Notes under the pieces: model-generated
What the model saw: the letters and a program-made list of their open reading frames with translations, nothing else
Told to the model about the DNA's origin: nothing
The model's database searches: none
Origin: Giardia intestinalis
Lineage: Eukaryota
DNA: 64,000 bases
Reading direction: 5' to 3' (one strand)
Assembly (NCBI GenBank): GCA_000002435.2
Contig: CM018791.1
Shown here: positions 28,092 to 38,441 of the stretch, one piece after another
Position numbering within the stretch: the first letter of the stretch is position 1
Layout: every line of letters begins with the position of its first letter
Program-made: the position numbers and the translations under genes

Positions 28092-31000
28092 TTACTTTTG
28101 GTCAAATCTGTCTGTACTCCGATCTGTGTAGCCTCTCGTGAGCGAGCCTGAGGACTGTGGGGCCCGGCTTGTAAATGACCCGGACTCTGGATACGGAGAG
28201 TCTGTACGGCTTATGGGCAGCCCGTCATAGCTCCTGGTGGAGTGCATCGTTGAGTCAGGGGTTCCATATGAAGTAGTGTATAATGCTTGTGAACTGTTAT
28301 ATGAGTTCCTACCCAGACCTCTTGCTGAATAGTATTGTGTGCTTGTTCCACTCGGTCCCACTACTGTCGTACTTCCGCGTCGCGGTTGCTCTGTTCTAGA
28401 ACTAGATTGGAATGTGGCGCGGCGTTCCTTTATCGACGAGTCGAACAATCTGTCAGATATTTTCCCCTGAATGTTGCTGTTGGTGACGGTGTACATCATG
28501 GGAGGCGAAACTTTGTCGGGATATTGTCTTTCTAATGGCGAATAGTTTTGAGGATTAGTCATCCTACTATTGTAATCCAGGCTTAGCGATGAAACCAAAG
28601 GCTGTTGCTTGGGTGGTGCTGTATTGGGGCTGAATCTTTCTACGTCATCGTTGGCAGCAAATACGCTCGACACAGGAGCACCAGCGAAAGTCTTCGAAGA
28701 TGGTAAGACCTCTGTCTGAGATAGCTGCGGAGTAGCTTCTCCTCGCATCTCAGTCTTTTCGTATCGAGGCCTTAGCTGTCTTGATGGCCCTAGGGTTGGC
28801 GGAGCCGTACTAGGACCTGCGGCAGGAGCAGCAATGGTGGCTGTAGGCCCAGAAGGTGTTCTTGCAGGCTGCGCTGAAGTCGGCTGAGAGCTTCTTTTAC
28901 CTTTAGCATCTCTCCTTTTTGGTAGAGGAGTGCTTGCGCGCCAGTTCCTAGACCTTTCCGAACCAGTCTCCTGTCCTTGCCGGGCAGCAGTCATGCCCCC
29001 TGTCTGAGGAGAAGATTCAATAGGGCTACCTCCAAGCACTGGTGAAGCAGCCTTTGCAGCCACAAGCTTCTGCATAAATTGCTTGTGGTTGAAGTCATAC
29101 GCAGCAACTTGTAAGGAGTGAAGTTCTAGCACATTTTTAGAGTAGATTACTAACCCCGAGTCCTTGATGAGTGTGTCAACAAGCTGCGACCTGGTATCGT
29201 TTGGACTATTTTTCTGGAACACAGCAAGACCAGACAGTGCAGTAGCCAGAATAACCTGATTCTCTGTTTGATAAATGCCTTGCAGTAGAGGGAGGTTTGC
29301 CAAGCGGCGAGAAAGGATGTGTGTCTCTGTGGCACCTGTCGATATGTTGATTAACCCTTGGACGATTCCCTTGCAGAAGCAATAAAAAGAGGTTCGACGC
29401 GGCGCAGGAATGTACGTCATCTCACTAAGGGACTCGCTTAATCTGGATGATTGCAGAAGAAACTTAAATAGTATGGGGCTATAATAACCTAGAATTGCAG
29501 TGTTGAGAAAGATTTGGGCAACCGCTGAATGAAGGATGGAGTTGTGTGGATTAGATCGCGCCAGCTCTATAAGGTTCCGATAGGACCCCGTGCGCTCTAA
29601 CTCAAAGCAGATTTTAAGCATTATATTCCTAGTGATTGTCTTTTCAGAAGCGAAACGGGCTGGAATACTGTAGCCTGTGATATTGGGGTTTACGGATCCT
29701 GATAAGAAGCAATTCAACAGCTTAACGAGGTTAGAGTCGGTTGGGGTCGACCCAAATACCCCATAAAAAGAGTCATTTGTGTTCATTGGAGTGGACCGTA
29801 CGGTCAATAGAAGTGCAAACGTTTTGAGAATTATCAAAAGTTGGGCTGTGACAGTTCCAGAGCGCAGACAGCTAGATAAAATATTCGAGAAGGAAACGAC
29901 AGCCTCTAGGTAATACTGAAACAGAGGGTTAAGCGGCTTATCCTTGTCGTCCAGCCAAGGCGTGCTAGTTGAAGATGTTGGCTTGTTGCTCTTCGAGCGA
30001 CCCCTGAGGTCAATATCAGTCGTCACACCAAGCGGTTTCTTAGATGCCAAGTCAGGTGACACCAGGGTGGGGTTGGCTTCGGCATCTTGCAGAAGGACAC
30101 AGAAACAAAGCACAGTGAACAGCCCCAGCTGCTTGAGACGAAGGCTGTACGTCACTGGTGTGCTTGGGCTGGTGATGGTCGCTACATCAAAAGTGCACTT
30201 TATGCAGTCTGGCGCTATCGTCATCAAGACCGTCCTCTGAAGAGGCACCGGGGCCGAAAGTAAAAAACCCATTAGAAACTCAGCAGAGGAGAGAGCCAGC
30301 GAGTGCTCCATTCCTCGCACTTGATTCTGTCCATAGATAAATCCCATAAGAGTATTAAGCAGCCGCTCCTTCACTAGTGCATTACGAATCGTAGTTATAG
30401 GAGCAACTGTTCCAGAGTAACTAGGAGTAGTTGAAAGTGTCTCGGATAAAATGGTAAAGACCTCTGAATAATGCATTGCAGACAATAAGCGTTTGAAGAA
30501 AGAGATGTTGATAGGCTGAAGAAAAGTCGACAAAACGATATCTTGGAGATTTCCACACCTGATTAGGGTGATAATAATAGACCTAAGGCATTCTAACACC
30601 GATAGATCCTCTTTAGAATATGAGCTAACAGGGAACCCTCGCTCTGTAGAGCCTAGAATCATCAGAGGCAGGGTCAATAGTGCAGGGACAGAAGGAAGAG
30701 GCTGCAAGGCTGACGGAGTTGCGCGGCCCAGAGAGTCTATCATGAGATTGGCTAGATTAATTCGTTGCTCCACCGGAATCTGATTTGTCCACAGCTGCAG
30801 TTGTGTCTGTTTAGTAAGTATCCGCCACTCATTGTAGTACCTCTGAGCCCTGTCGTCAGACAAAGGCCCGAGAAACACAAATTCCGCCATAAAATTAACG
30901 TTTCCCTGTTGTAGTAGAATACTGAGGGGCACCATGCTAGCATCCAGTCCTCCACTAGGAGAGCTTCTTTCTAAGAGCGCACGCAAAAAATCAGTGCCCT

Positions 31001-31172
31001 TTTTGAAGTCGTCCCTATCTGTGAAAGGACGTTCTTGTTTGTTCAATCCCAACGTGGGGGATATAGCATGTGCTTGTGAGGCAGGAGCATCATAGGTGCT
31101 CCAGTATGTGCGCTGTGTCCCCAAAACCTTTCGTCTTGAGGCTATGTCGTACGCTATAACGGGAAGTCTCAT
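28092..31172 (-). CDS. Hypothetical protein (1026 aa) with a Ser/Thr/Pro-rich disordered C-terminal third
   Basis: ATG at 31172 with an A-rich initiator (AAAAAAAATTGCGTTTGTGAATG). The N-terminal two-thirds is long, helical and repeat-like. The C-terminal 300 aa is low-complexity S/T/P/Q-rich. Confidence 0.6.
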   Translation of the reverse strand: MRLPVIAYDIASRRKVLGTQRTYWSTYDAPASQAHAISPTLGLNKQERPFTDRDDFKKGTDFLRALLERSSPSGGLDASMVPLSILLQQGNVNFMAEFVFLGPLSDDRAQRYYNEWRILTKQTQLQLWTNQIPVEQRINLANLMIDSLGRATPSALQPLPSVPALLTLPLMILGSTERGFPVSSYSKEDLSVLECLRSIIITLIRCGNLQDIVLSTFLQPINISFFKRLLSAMHYSEVFTILSETLSTTPSYSGTVAPITTIRNALVKERLLNTLMGFIYGQNQVRGMEHSLALSSAEFLMGFLLSAPVPLQRTVLMTIAPDCIKCTFDVATITSPSTPVTYSLRLKQLGLFTVLCFCVLLQDAEANPTLVSPDLASKKPLGVTTDIDLRGRSKSNKPTSSTSTPWLDDKDKPLNPLFQYYLEAVVSFSNILSSCLRSGTVTAQLLIILKTFALLLTVRSTPMNTNDSFYGVFGSTPTDSNLVKLLNCFLSGSVNPNITGYSIPARFASEKTITRNIMLKICFELERTGSYRNLIELARSNPHNSILHSAVAQIFLNTAILGYYSPILFKFLLQSSRLSESLSEMTYIPAPRRTSFYCFCKGIVQGLINISTGATETHILSRRLANLPLLQGIYQTENQVILATALSGLAVFQKNSPNDTRSQLVDTLIKDSGLVIYSKNVLELHSLQVAAYDFNHKQFMQKLVAAKAASPVLGGSPIESSPQTGGMTAARQGQETGSERSRNWRASTPLPKRRDAKGKRSSQPTSAQPARTPSGPTATIAAPAAGPSTAPPTLGPSRQLRPRYEKTEMRGEATPQLSQTEVLPSSKTFAGAPVSSVFAANDDVERFSPNTAPPKQQPLVSSLSLDYNSRMTNPQNYSPLERQYPDKVSPPMMYTVTNSNIQGKISDRLFDSSIKERRATFQSSSRTEQPRRGSTTVVGPSGTSTQYYSARGLGRNSYNSSQALYTTSYGTPDSTMHSTRSYDGLPISRTDSPYPESGSFTSRAPQSSGSLTRGYTDRSTDRFDQK

Positions 31173-31261
31173 TCACAAACGCAATTTTTTTTGTTCACAG
31201 AGCTAGAGCAGCAGCATCCAATAGCCGCACAACCTCCTAGCAAGCATCACACAGAACACGT

Positions 31262-31675
31262 TTATTCATGCTGAGTAAACTCGCTGGCTGGGAGGGTTTG
31301 CACTAGGGCGCGGATCCCGCCCTTAACCAGATAAACGGGCTTCTCCGGAAAGGCTGTCTGGATTGCATGGGCCGAGCGGTGGGCGCGCCTGCCGGATGAC
31401 CTACAGTAGACAAAGCACGCTGGGGTGTCCTTGAATTGGAGGACAGTGTCCGGATTAGCGTCGATCGTGTTGACAGGGACGTGCATACTGCCATTGAGCA
31501 CTCCGCCGTCCTGACCAAAGTCAACATCTCTCACATCGATGACTGCGGCGCCAGGGTGCTTCTCGAGGGTGCTCTTGAAGGCAGCGGCCTCAATGCTCGT
31601 GAACTTGTAGTCTTCACTCATTTGAAATACTTTTGCGCAGGAGAAACATTGAAGTGTAAATCTAAGTTTTTCCAT
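31262..31675 (-). CDS. Rhodanese / Cdc25-like phosphatase-fold protein (CX5R active-site loop)
   Basis: Single rhodanese-like domain. The active-site loop YCRSSGRRAHRSA has Cys-X5-Arg, as in Cdc25 and Acr2/arsenate-reductase-type rhodanese domains. An alternative start is the ATG at 31621 (MSEDYK..); both candidate starts have AT-rich initiators. Confidence 0.6.
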   Translation of the reverse strand: MEKLRFTLQCFSCAKVFQMSEDYKFTSIEAAAFKSTLEKHPGAAVIDVRDVDFGQDGGVLNGSMHVPVNTIDANPDTVLQFKDTPACFVYCRSSGRRAHRSAHAIQTAFPEKPVYLVKGGIRALVQTLPASEFTQHE

Positions 31676-31721
31676 AATTTACACATGGAGATAGACTGAT
31701 TCGAGAGCAATTAATTGACAA

Positions 31722-34700
31722 TTAGTTGAAATAGTCTGTCTTATTCTTTTGTCTAATCATCTGCCTAAGACTTGTGTTCGACGATGTGGTGCTGGTTGGC
31801 TTAATCGGAGAGTGGTCAGCAGGCCCGTGCCCCGATATAACGTCCCGAAGCTCGACAGACATCGACATTGGGTGTGGCGAGTTAATCCCTGAGGAGTATA
31901 CTTGAAAATTAATGTTGTTAGAATCAATATCCGACGCCTTGGCAGCATCCTCTCCCTGCATGTTTCTCCGCGGTATCTGGTCGGTGATGCTCCCGCGGCG
32001 ACTGCGAGAAGCCATTGTTGTTGCCACTGATGTGGCGTCGATGGATCGTCTCGAGCCAGCTGATTGTCTTCCACGGCTTACGGAACTTGAGGTACGGCCT
32101 ACAGACCCGTCCGGCTCTGGCACTGTTATAGGCGGTGTATAAGAAGTAGAATAACCAGTAGCGTGGTAAGCATGGTTACTATTGACACTGCGCATGTTAA
32201 TCGTGATGGACTCAACGGTTGGAGTGCTCACAGGGTCATCACTTGCCGCAGCACGGGTAGGCTGAGGAATGGACCCCAGTGACACCTTTCGTTCCCGATC
32301 AAAACTCAAGGTGCGAGGAGATGTCATCACCTTTGTGGTGCTGCTGCTTGCCTTTCCAGAAACTGTGGCCCGTCGCTGAACCGCTGGCGGGGCTGCCACC
32401 GCAGCAGCAGCTGTCTGTTGCTTTGAAGTAGGCTTAGATGTGCCGTCCGTACGGTTGGGGCCGGCCATTGCTGCAAGACGCTGCCTCAGTCCATCGAAGC
32501 GTGGATCCAGTGGGACAGTCGGTTCTGGATCGGTAGCAAGATCTTTGGTGAGCAAGGAATCCAGGGTAGGGGTTGGAAGCTCCCTGGTGGGAGCTTTAGG
32601 CTCCTTCATCTCTTGGGCCACCCTGCTGAAGCGACTAGAAGGTATTTTAGCAGAGTATGCGGTGACCGTGGGCACCTGTGTAGTATGGGTCGATATGGGA
32701 GCGCGCGAAGGCGAGCCTCCGTAGCTTTTCCTACGGACCTGACCGGTGTAAATGTTATCGATATCGCGTGCAAGACTGGGATTTGAGTCGTTGAACAGCT
32801 CAGGAGGCACATCCAAGAGTACAGAGGATCTTTCGCTGGCGTCTGCATCCATGTCTCGCATGATTTTAATGAGTCTTTCGTTTCTTGGTACATGCGTCGA
32901 GGTTGGGCGCTCCACCTCGTGCATTAGCATTTCTCGCTCCTTCTGCAGGCGCTCTCGTTCTCGGTTTATCCGTTCTCGTTCGCTCAAGTGCGATCCGCTT
33001 TGGCTCCGTGAATTTATTTCTGGGACTGGGATTGGGCGTTGATCCGAGATTATAGTATTTTTCGCGTTCTCAAGCGCATTCTTAAGAGTATCAGCGTGCC
33101 CCCTGTTCTTGGTTGGAGCTTCTTTAGGTATTCCCTTGTATTGCCCTATTCGCGCATTGGCAGGATCTGCTAGCACAGTAGTCAAAGAAACCGCAGAGGA
33201 CGATGCAGGTGCAGACTCTAAAGTTGAAGCAGGAGTTGGTTGCTTACTGGTTTGATTAGTAGCAAACCTATCACTATCCGTCTCAATGCTCGGCCGTAGG
33301 GTCCCAAGGGCTTGGCTGGCCGCATTCTCTGTGGAGCTTACTAGGTTCGTGTAGGGTCGTTGTCTGTCCGAAAGTATTTGGTCTACACTGCGGCGTCGTG
33401 CCGCCGAAGGTTGCTGCACAGAAGCTGCCGGTGCAGAGTCGCTTGACGGAAGAGACGCTGGCGTATTGGCAGACACTGCTACCGCCTGACGAACACTAGC
33501 GTTCTGCTGCTGCTGATGAAGAACCAAATTTGCGCTTTTGTTCTGTCCAAGGCTCTGAAGAGCCTCCGAGAAGTCGTGCTTTCCTGTGTTATAATAGGAA
33601 ACTGGCGTAGTGCAAGGCTGAGCAGCCTGCTCTGTGACCAGCGACTGCTTTGATACTGGATTTTTGTTGCTATAAGAAACATCGGAAAAGCCGTTGATTA
33701 TGTCACTGAGAGATGCTGTCTGCGCATCGTTGGACGAGGCCTTAATAAAACTGCCAACACCTGTAAGAATCTCACGACTATTGCGTTGCATTTGAGTCCG
33801 AGCCTCTATCATGAGTTGCGAATCATGGGAGGGAGCTGACGAAGTGGTTGGTCCATTGGAAAGACTATTGTACTGGGGTATCATTTCTTTTGTTATATTC
33901 ATTTTCCTCATAGCTTCCCTTACATCTGTCGGGTGAAAAACTGAAATATTGGTTTGATCAGACTGAAGCGCGTTTCCGATAAACTCGATGTGACTGTCGT
34001 TATATCTCTTTGGAGGACGAAGCTCTCTTGCCAGGAACTCGTGAGAGAACCTTGTAAACTCCGGAGACCCAAATAGTATCTTAATTAAGACAAGATTGCA
34101 GGAGTCTGGATGCGCCGCAGCATATGTTTCCAGCTCATCCAACGTCCGCGGGTAGGTTATGTAGTCCTGCGTCGGCTTCTCCTTGCCACGGATAGTCATG
34201 TGCGAGTACTTCGACTTAAACTCCCTGTCATCAACAACGCCAGCGGCCATACGAAGAAGCGTCTGTGCAAACATTACCATGAAAGAAGTCCAGGAGTCAC
34301 GATCCTTAACAGGTTTGTAGCAGGAGCCAGAGGATCCCACGCTGGATAGGATTGCGGAGTATGAGCGCAGGAGTCCTGAGTTGAGAAGGATGTGGTGAAC
34401 GACTGGGGGAGCCAGGTCACCGTACTCTGCCATGCACAGGACTAGCCTTCCGCCCAGGTAGTGGAGGGTAGACATGGATGGATTGGTTTCCATCAGGTGC
34501 AAAATCTTACTCAAGAAGCCATTGACACAGATTCGCTTAGCAATCTCGAGAGGACAGATTGGGTTATAGAACCTTGTTCCGTCCATGTGAGAAAAGATAA
34601 ACGTTGCTGAGAGCTTCGTGGTGCTGGGCCCTCCGCTACCGGACTGGGAAGTGGGGGAGAGGTACCCGTAGGTGAGAGGGTTGAGGTCGTTCATGAGAAA

Positions 34701-36107
34701 GGCATTAAGGTCAAGGCCAGAAAATTCATTTGCAGGGGGTTCCCCATACTGCTTGTAATGCATAGCAATCTTAATGTCTGCAGAGATGCCCAAAAGCCGC
34801 GCCAATACTTCTAGAATCATGAAAACGTTAGAGTTAAAAGAAACAAACTTATTCTGCAATCTGTCTATGGCAGAAACGGTGTCGAAAAAAATATCATGAT
34901 AGTCCACATTGATGGACCTTAGGTGAGCATCATGTAACCTGGTGAGTTTTGCTGGATTGGGAGCGTGCATGTAAATTGGATCGGCGTCATACGGCGCTGG
35001 CTTGGCCTTGACCTGCGTTTGCCGGACAACCCCAACTAACTTCGACAGCATATCTTGACACCTCAGGGCAGAATTATAGCACATCCAGGCCATAGCATAA
35101 ACAAGAACGTTGCCTGCCTTTCTAATATGCATGCTGGTAAAGGATTGCGTTGTGGACGGGGATACAGGGGCTTTAGGTACCGTAGAAAGACTAAGCATCG
35201 GGATACCTGAGAATACCACAGAGGCGATGGTGGGTACGTGAACAAGGATAACGTTTATCAGCTCGTGAAGATTCTTGCTGAACACGCGAGTTAAGATGAA
35301 GGAGCAGTTATTGGCACTAGCAGTTGACGGCACCTCGTACTTGCAGAGAAGTAGATCAATCAGTGTCTCTAGTGTTTTATTTTCACGCAGAAGAGCATAT
35401 ATTTCGTTTTTGCAGGTCTGAGGGAAGTCGTCCTGACAAATAATAAAATTCCGCAGTGCTTCTGCTACGCCGGAGTTCTCTAACGCTGCGATCCAGTATC
35501 CAAGACACCTACTGCATTCTGGGCTTCTTAGGGCGGAAGTAAAAGCAGAAATGCGTGTGGGAGTGGAAATAAACGCCGTTACAATAATGACGAAATAGCG
35601 AGCAATAATGGGGTTCGGACGTACTTGGGGGAGCGGCACCCTGTCAGTAGTGAGGGTAGATGAGTAGTTCTGGGCCAAAAACTGAAAAAGAAGAGCTAAA
35701 GCAGTGCGATGAGAAATAAACCTGTCCAGAAAGGGCGAACTGTGCATGGTCTGGGAGAAGATCTCTGCAGCTATGTCGGCAAGCTCCATTCTATGAATTA
35801 TGGGCGTGGTGTACACGACACTTGGCTGGATTCCTGGTCGTCCTTGGTAATAGCTTTCTATCTGGTGCTGTGCGGCTAAGTCTACACACATTACTTCTAT
35901 TATGCGAAGAATAGTCTGAGGATTGCAGAGGTAGCTCAGAAGAACCTTATTATCTGCACGCAAATAGGGAATAAAATCGCTATGCTTGAGAACCCTTTCA
36001 AATTGCCCCGCTGAGATGAGCATCTCAATGGATCCGGTGGCCAGCGCGCCCTGAGAGCCTGGCTGCTGCCGGCCATGGGCCAAAAGATGGCTCATACCCG
36101 AAAGCAT
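31722..36107 (-). CDS. Large hypothetical protein (1461 aa); the N-terminal region weakly resembles the SAPS domain of PP6 (Sit4-associated) regulatory subunits
   Basis: ATG at 36107 with initiator AAAAAATAAATCCTATG. The N-terminal helical repeat segments (ISAGQFERVLKHSDFIPYLRADNKVLLSYLCNPQTILRIIEVM; HRMELADIAAEIF) align loosely by eye with SAPS motifs. The middle third is S/T/Q-rich and disordered. There is also a coiled-coil stretch (RERINRERERLQKEREMLMHE). Confidence 0.55.
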   Translation of the reverse strand: MLSGMSHLLAHGRQQPGSQGALATGSIEMLISAGQFERVLKHSDFIPYLRADNKVLLSYLCNPQTILRIIEVMCVDLAAQHQIESYYQGRPGIQPSVVYTTPIIHRMELADIAAEIFSQTMHSSPFLDRFISHRTALALLFQFLAQNYSSTLTTDRVPLPQVRPNPIIARYFVIIVTAFISTPTRISAFTSALRSPECSRCLGYWIAALENSGVAEALRNFIICQDDFPQTCKNEIYALLRENKTLETLIDLLLCKYEVPSTASANNCSFILTRVFSKNLHELINVILVHVPTIASVVFSGIPMLSLSTVPKAPVSPSTTQSFTSMHIRKAGNVLVYAMAWMCYNSALRCQDMLSKLVGVVRQTQVKAKPAPYDADPIYMHAPNPAKLTRLHDAHLRSINVDYHDIFFDTVSAIDRLQNKFVSFNSNVFMILEVLARLLGISADIKIAMHYKQYGEPPANEFSGLDLNAFLMNDLNPLTYGYLSPTSQSGSGGPSTTKLSATFIFSHMDGTRFYNPICPLEIAKRICVNGFLSKILHLMETNPSMSTLHYLGGRLVLCMAEYGDLAPPVVHHILLNSGLLRSYSAILSSVGSSGSCYKPVKDRDSWTSFMVMFAQTLLRMAAGVVDDREFKSKYSHMTIRGKEKPTQDYITYPRTLDELETYAAAHPDSCNLVLIKILFGSPEFTRFSHEFLARELRPPKRYNDSHIEFIGNALQSDQTNISVFHPTDVREAMRKMNITKEMIPQYNSLSNGPTTSSAPSHDSQLMIEARTQMQRNSREILTGVGSFIKASSNDAQTASLSDIINGFSDVSYSNKNPVSKQSLVTEQAAQPCTTPVSYYNTGKHDFSEALQSLGQNKSANLVLHQQQQNASVRQAVAVSANTPASLPSSDSAPAASVQQPSAARRRSVDQILSDRQRPYTNLVSSTENAASQALGTLRPSIETDSDRFATNQTSKQPTPASTLESAPASSSAVSLTTVLADPANARIGQYKGIPKEAPTKNRGHADTLKNALENAKNTIISDQRPIPVPEINSRSQSGSHLSERERINRERERLQKEREMLMHEVERPTSTHVPRNERLIKIMRDMDADASERSSVLLDVPPELFNDSNPSLARDIDNIYTGQVRRKSYGGSPSRAPISTHTTQVPTVTAYSAKIPSSRFSRVAQEMKEPKAPTRELPTPTLDSLLTKDLATDPEPTVPLDPRFDGLRQRLAAMAGPNRTDGTSKPTSKQQTAAAAVAAPPAVQRRATVSGKASSSTTKVMTSPRTLSFDRERKVSLGSIPQPTRAAASDDPVSTPTVESITINMRSVNSNHAYHATGYSTSYTPPITVPEPDGSVGRTSSSVSRGRQSAGSRRSIDATSVATTMASRSRRGSITDQIPRRNMQGEDAAKASDIDSNNINFQVYSSGINSPHPMSMSVELRDVISGHGPADHSPIKPTSTTSSNTSLRQMIRQKNKTDYFN

Positions 36108-36225
36108 AGGATTTATTTTTTGAATTTAGTGGTCGAGAAAGCGCGTAGTGCGGCCCACACTAAAGGGTCGTTACATTTACTTCTCTTGTGTATGGAAGCA
36201 TGGGGAGCGACAAGTGAACTCTGGA

Positions 36226-36660
36226 CTAGACACGCCCCATTTGCATCGCACGGATGTTCCGCAAGAACCGGCCTATCGGTGTCATATAGCCGTACTTTCT
36301 CTGGTGGAAAAATTGGATCGAATAAGCAACGACGACGCCCACCCACGGAAGAACAAAGCTTGCTATTTCTTGCCACTCCTGCCTGTTAGAGTCGTAGGGA
36401 AAGTAGGTCAACAAGTTGAGAAGAAGGTAGCTCCGGCTAAGATAGTAGCAACTGATGGGTGCCGAAGCCACAGCAAGAACTAAAAAGACATACAAGCCTA
36501 TGTTTGACGATTCGTAGAAGATCAGGGTCAAAATCACAGAGAAGAAGGCGTAGATATTTGGTCTTGTAATGTAAGCGTACATCAATATAAAAAGTGTCTG
36601 GGCACGGAGATACTCATGAACCGCAACTGCTCCGGGAGAAACAGTGGGAATGTCGGCCAT
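36226..36660 (-). CDS. Small multi-pass membrane protein (about 144 aa), function unknown
   Basis: Three or four hydrophobic helices (TLFILMYAYITRPNIYAFFSVILTLIFY; IGLYVFLVLAVASAPISCYYL; FVLPWVGVVVAYSIQFF). The start was chosen at ATG 36660 (MADIPTV..), preceded by AACAAGAAAAAAACGGATAGAATG. The track has an upstream ATG at 36690 that would overlap the neighbouring gene's stop. Confidence 0.35.
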   Translation of the reverse strand: MADIPTVSPGAVAVHEYLRAQTLFILMYAYITRPNIYAFFSVILTLIFYESSNIGLYVFLVLAVASAPISCYYLSRSYLLLNLLTYFPYDSNRQEWQEIASFVLPWVGVVVAYSIQFFHQRKYGYMTPIGRFLRNIRAMQMGRV

Positions 36661-36680
36661 TCTATCCGTTTTTTTCTTGT

Positions 36681-37091
36681 TTAAAGACATTTGAGGGCTA
36701 TGCTTTTGACGCTCCAGAGGGGCCTACTGTCCATCATGTCCACCGTGAGCGTGTGGGCATAAATGTCTTTGGCGGAAACATTGAACAAAAGTAGGTACGA
36801 GGCTATGGTTTGAAAAATAAAGTGCACATGGCCGGCCTCTTGGCCCCTAGGAATTGTGCTTGCGCTTGAGAGGGACCTATGCAACGCGCTGGCCTGAAGG
36901 TATACGTCCATAAAATCTTTTCCATTATGAAGTATTTTGTCCGCACATGCCTCAAGTTCATCTGTCTCCCGGGTTGTCTGGGCATTTGTGTCAAGGTTTT
37001 TCTGGAAGACTTCTAAATAAGTACATGTGCTATCAACCAGTTCTATTGCCCTGTCAAGGACATCCACCATTTGTCTTAATACCGTAGCCAT
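36681..37091 (-). CDS. Hypothetical small protein (136 aa)
   Basis: ATG at 37091 lies only 15 bp from the divergent ATG at 37107. No recognisable motif. Called because of the gene density and the clean ATG with initiator context. Confidence 0.35.
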   Translation of the reverse strand: MATVLRQMVDVLDRAIELVDSTCTYLEVFQKNLDTNAQTTRETDELEACADKILHNGKDFMDVYLQASALHRSLSSASTIPRGQEAGHVHFIFQTIASYLLLFNVSAKDIYAHTLTVDMMDSRPLWSVKSIALKCL

Positions 37092-37106
37092 TTTTTTGTC
37101 CTCACT
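37092..37106. promoter_or_regulatory. 15-bp shared spacer (TTTTTTGTCCTCACT) between the divergent start codons 37091 (-) and 37107 (+)
   Basis: The sequence reads CAT-TTTTTTGTCCTCACT-ATG directly. Confidence 0.35.
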
Positions 37107-38390
37107 ATGACCCTGACTCTCTCAGCGTCCCCGTCGCCCCTTCCTATTCGGCCCTCGTCAACGGCCGTTCTAGCCATTACAAACTCGGGGACAACTGGCT
37201 ATTGCTTCCAACTGGCGGCAAAGTACAAGAACGAACTTAAGTATTCTCCAAAGCGCGGCTTCATTTCTGCGGGAGCTGAGCAGCTTATAACTGTTGCAGC
37301 TCTGAGTAACTTAACACCGGGGCTTCGGGTGCAGATCTACGCCGTCGCAACGGAGAAGTCGCTCGGCATTCCAGATGATGACATGGTCAAAGTGATCATC
37401 GACGGTGCTAAGCGGCTCAAGACTCCCTGCGTCAATCTGAAGGTGGACGTTGTCAATCTAAACGCTCACACTACTAAAGAGCACCTGCCCCAACTGCCGC
37501 CTGCCCATATGCAGAAAAACCATGGCGTCGCCCCCAATTTCGGAAACGATAGTGAGACCAGTTTATTCGACAATTACTTAACACAGACGCAGAAGAACTC
37601 GTGCTCATTAACAAATAATACAGACACTTTATATAGCAGCGATCACACTTGCATTTCCTTGATCGACTCCCAATTGTGTGAAGCATCCAATAAGCGGATT
37701 GGGCAGGGAAACAGCCAGGGAATCGATAAGTTAGACGTTGACGTGGGACAGCTTAAGCTTAAGCTTCAGACACTGGAGAATAAAGTAGACGCCATTCTGG
37801 AAACCGTGCCGTTGGCGTCCACATCCATTAAGCTGGGCGTTTCACAAAACTTCGAGCTATCAGAGGCTGACATGAACGGTGTTATCTCTGCCGTTATAGA
37901 GCGCTTGTCAGCAGAATTCAAGGCCCAGCTGGTCGCGTCTGTATGCACTGTAGCAGCACCGCATCCCGATGGATCAAAGCAGGAGGTACTTGTGCAGGAA
38001 TCCTTGCCGAAAAAAGAAGTAAGTTCCACTTCACAGGAGGACGGGGAACAGTCGCAAAGGAAAGTGCCCGCTGAAACAGCTATTACTGATGTACGTAGTG
38101 CACAACACAAAAACCAACTAGATGACGAGATTGAGGCAGCAACGAATAATAACAAAAACAGCAATCTTAACAGTACATTGAATGGTACTGAGAGAGAAGC
38201 CAGCGGAGTAAGGGACAGGCTCTCTGGACAGCCACCTACTCCCGAAGCACCAAGGTCATCCCCTGGCACCAGTGTAGGGAAGCAGCTGCAAAATGCTCTG
38301 GGTCAAGTGCTCATACTATCCATTATATTTGCTATTGCAGCGTGCAGTAAGCTGTTGAAAAGAGCACTGCGCTCCAAAAAGGAAGCATAG
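37107..38390 (+). CDS. VAP-like protein (N-terminal MSP domain, central coiled coil, C-terminal transmembrane anchor)
   Basis: The N-terminal roughly 120 aa has an MSP-like beta-sandwich pattern (LSASPSPLPIRPSSTAVLAITNSGTTGYCFQLAAKYKNELKYSPKRGFISAGAEQLITVAA). A coiled coil follows (LDVDVGQLKLKLQTLENKVDAILE). The C-terminal hydrophobic anchor is VLILSIIFAIAACSKLL, followed by basic residues. Confidence 0.5.
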   Translation: MTLTLSASPSPLPIRPSSTAVLAITNSGTTGYCFQLAAKYKNELKYSPKRGFISAGAEQLITVAALSNLTPGLRVQIYAVATEKSLGIPDDDMVKVIIDGAKRLKTPCVNLKVDVVNLNAHTTKEHLPQLPPAHMQKNHGVAPNFGNDSETSLFDNYLTQTQKNSCSLTNNTDTLYSSDHTCISLIDSQLCEASNKRIGQGNSQGIDKLDVDVGQLKLKLQTLENKVDAILETVPLASTSIKLGVSQNFELSEADMNGVISAVIERLSAEFKAQLVASVCTVAAPHPDGSKQEVLVQESLPKKEVSSTSQEDGEQSQRKVPAETAITDVRSAQHKNQLDDEIEAATNNNKNSNLNSTLNGTEREASGVRDRLSGQPPTPEAPRSSPGTSVGKQLQNALGQVLILSIIFAIAACSKLLKRALRSKKEA

Positions 38391-38441
38391 ACGCTACAAG
38401 ACTAAGGCAGCAAGACCAGGGCCACAGGGCCAAGTACAGTG

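Noticed and set aside
36148-36483. 111-aa plus-strand ORF overlapping the small membrane-protein ORF
   Set aside because: No motifs or hydrophobic segments. The opposite-strand ORF has clear TM helices and a better initiator context.
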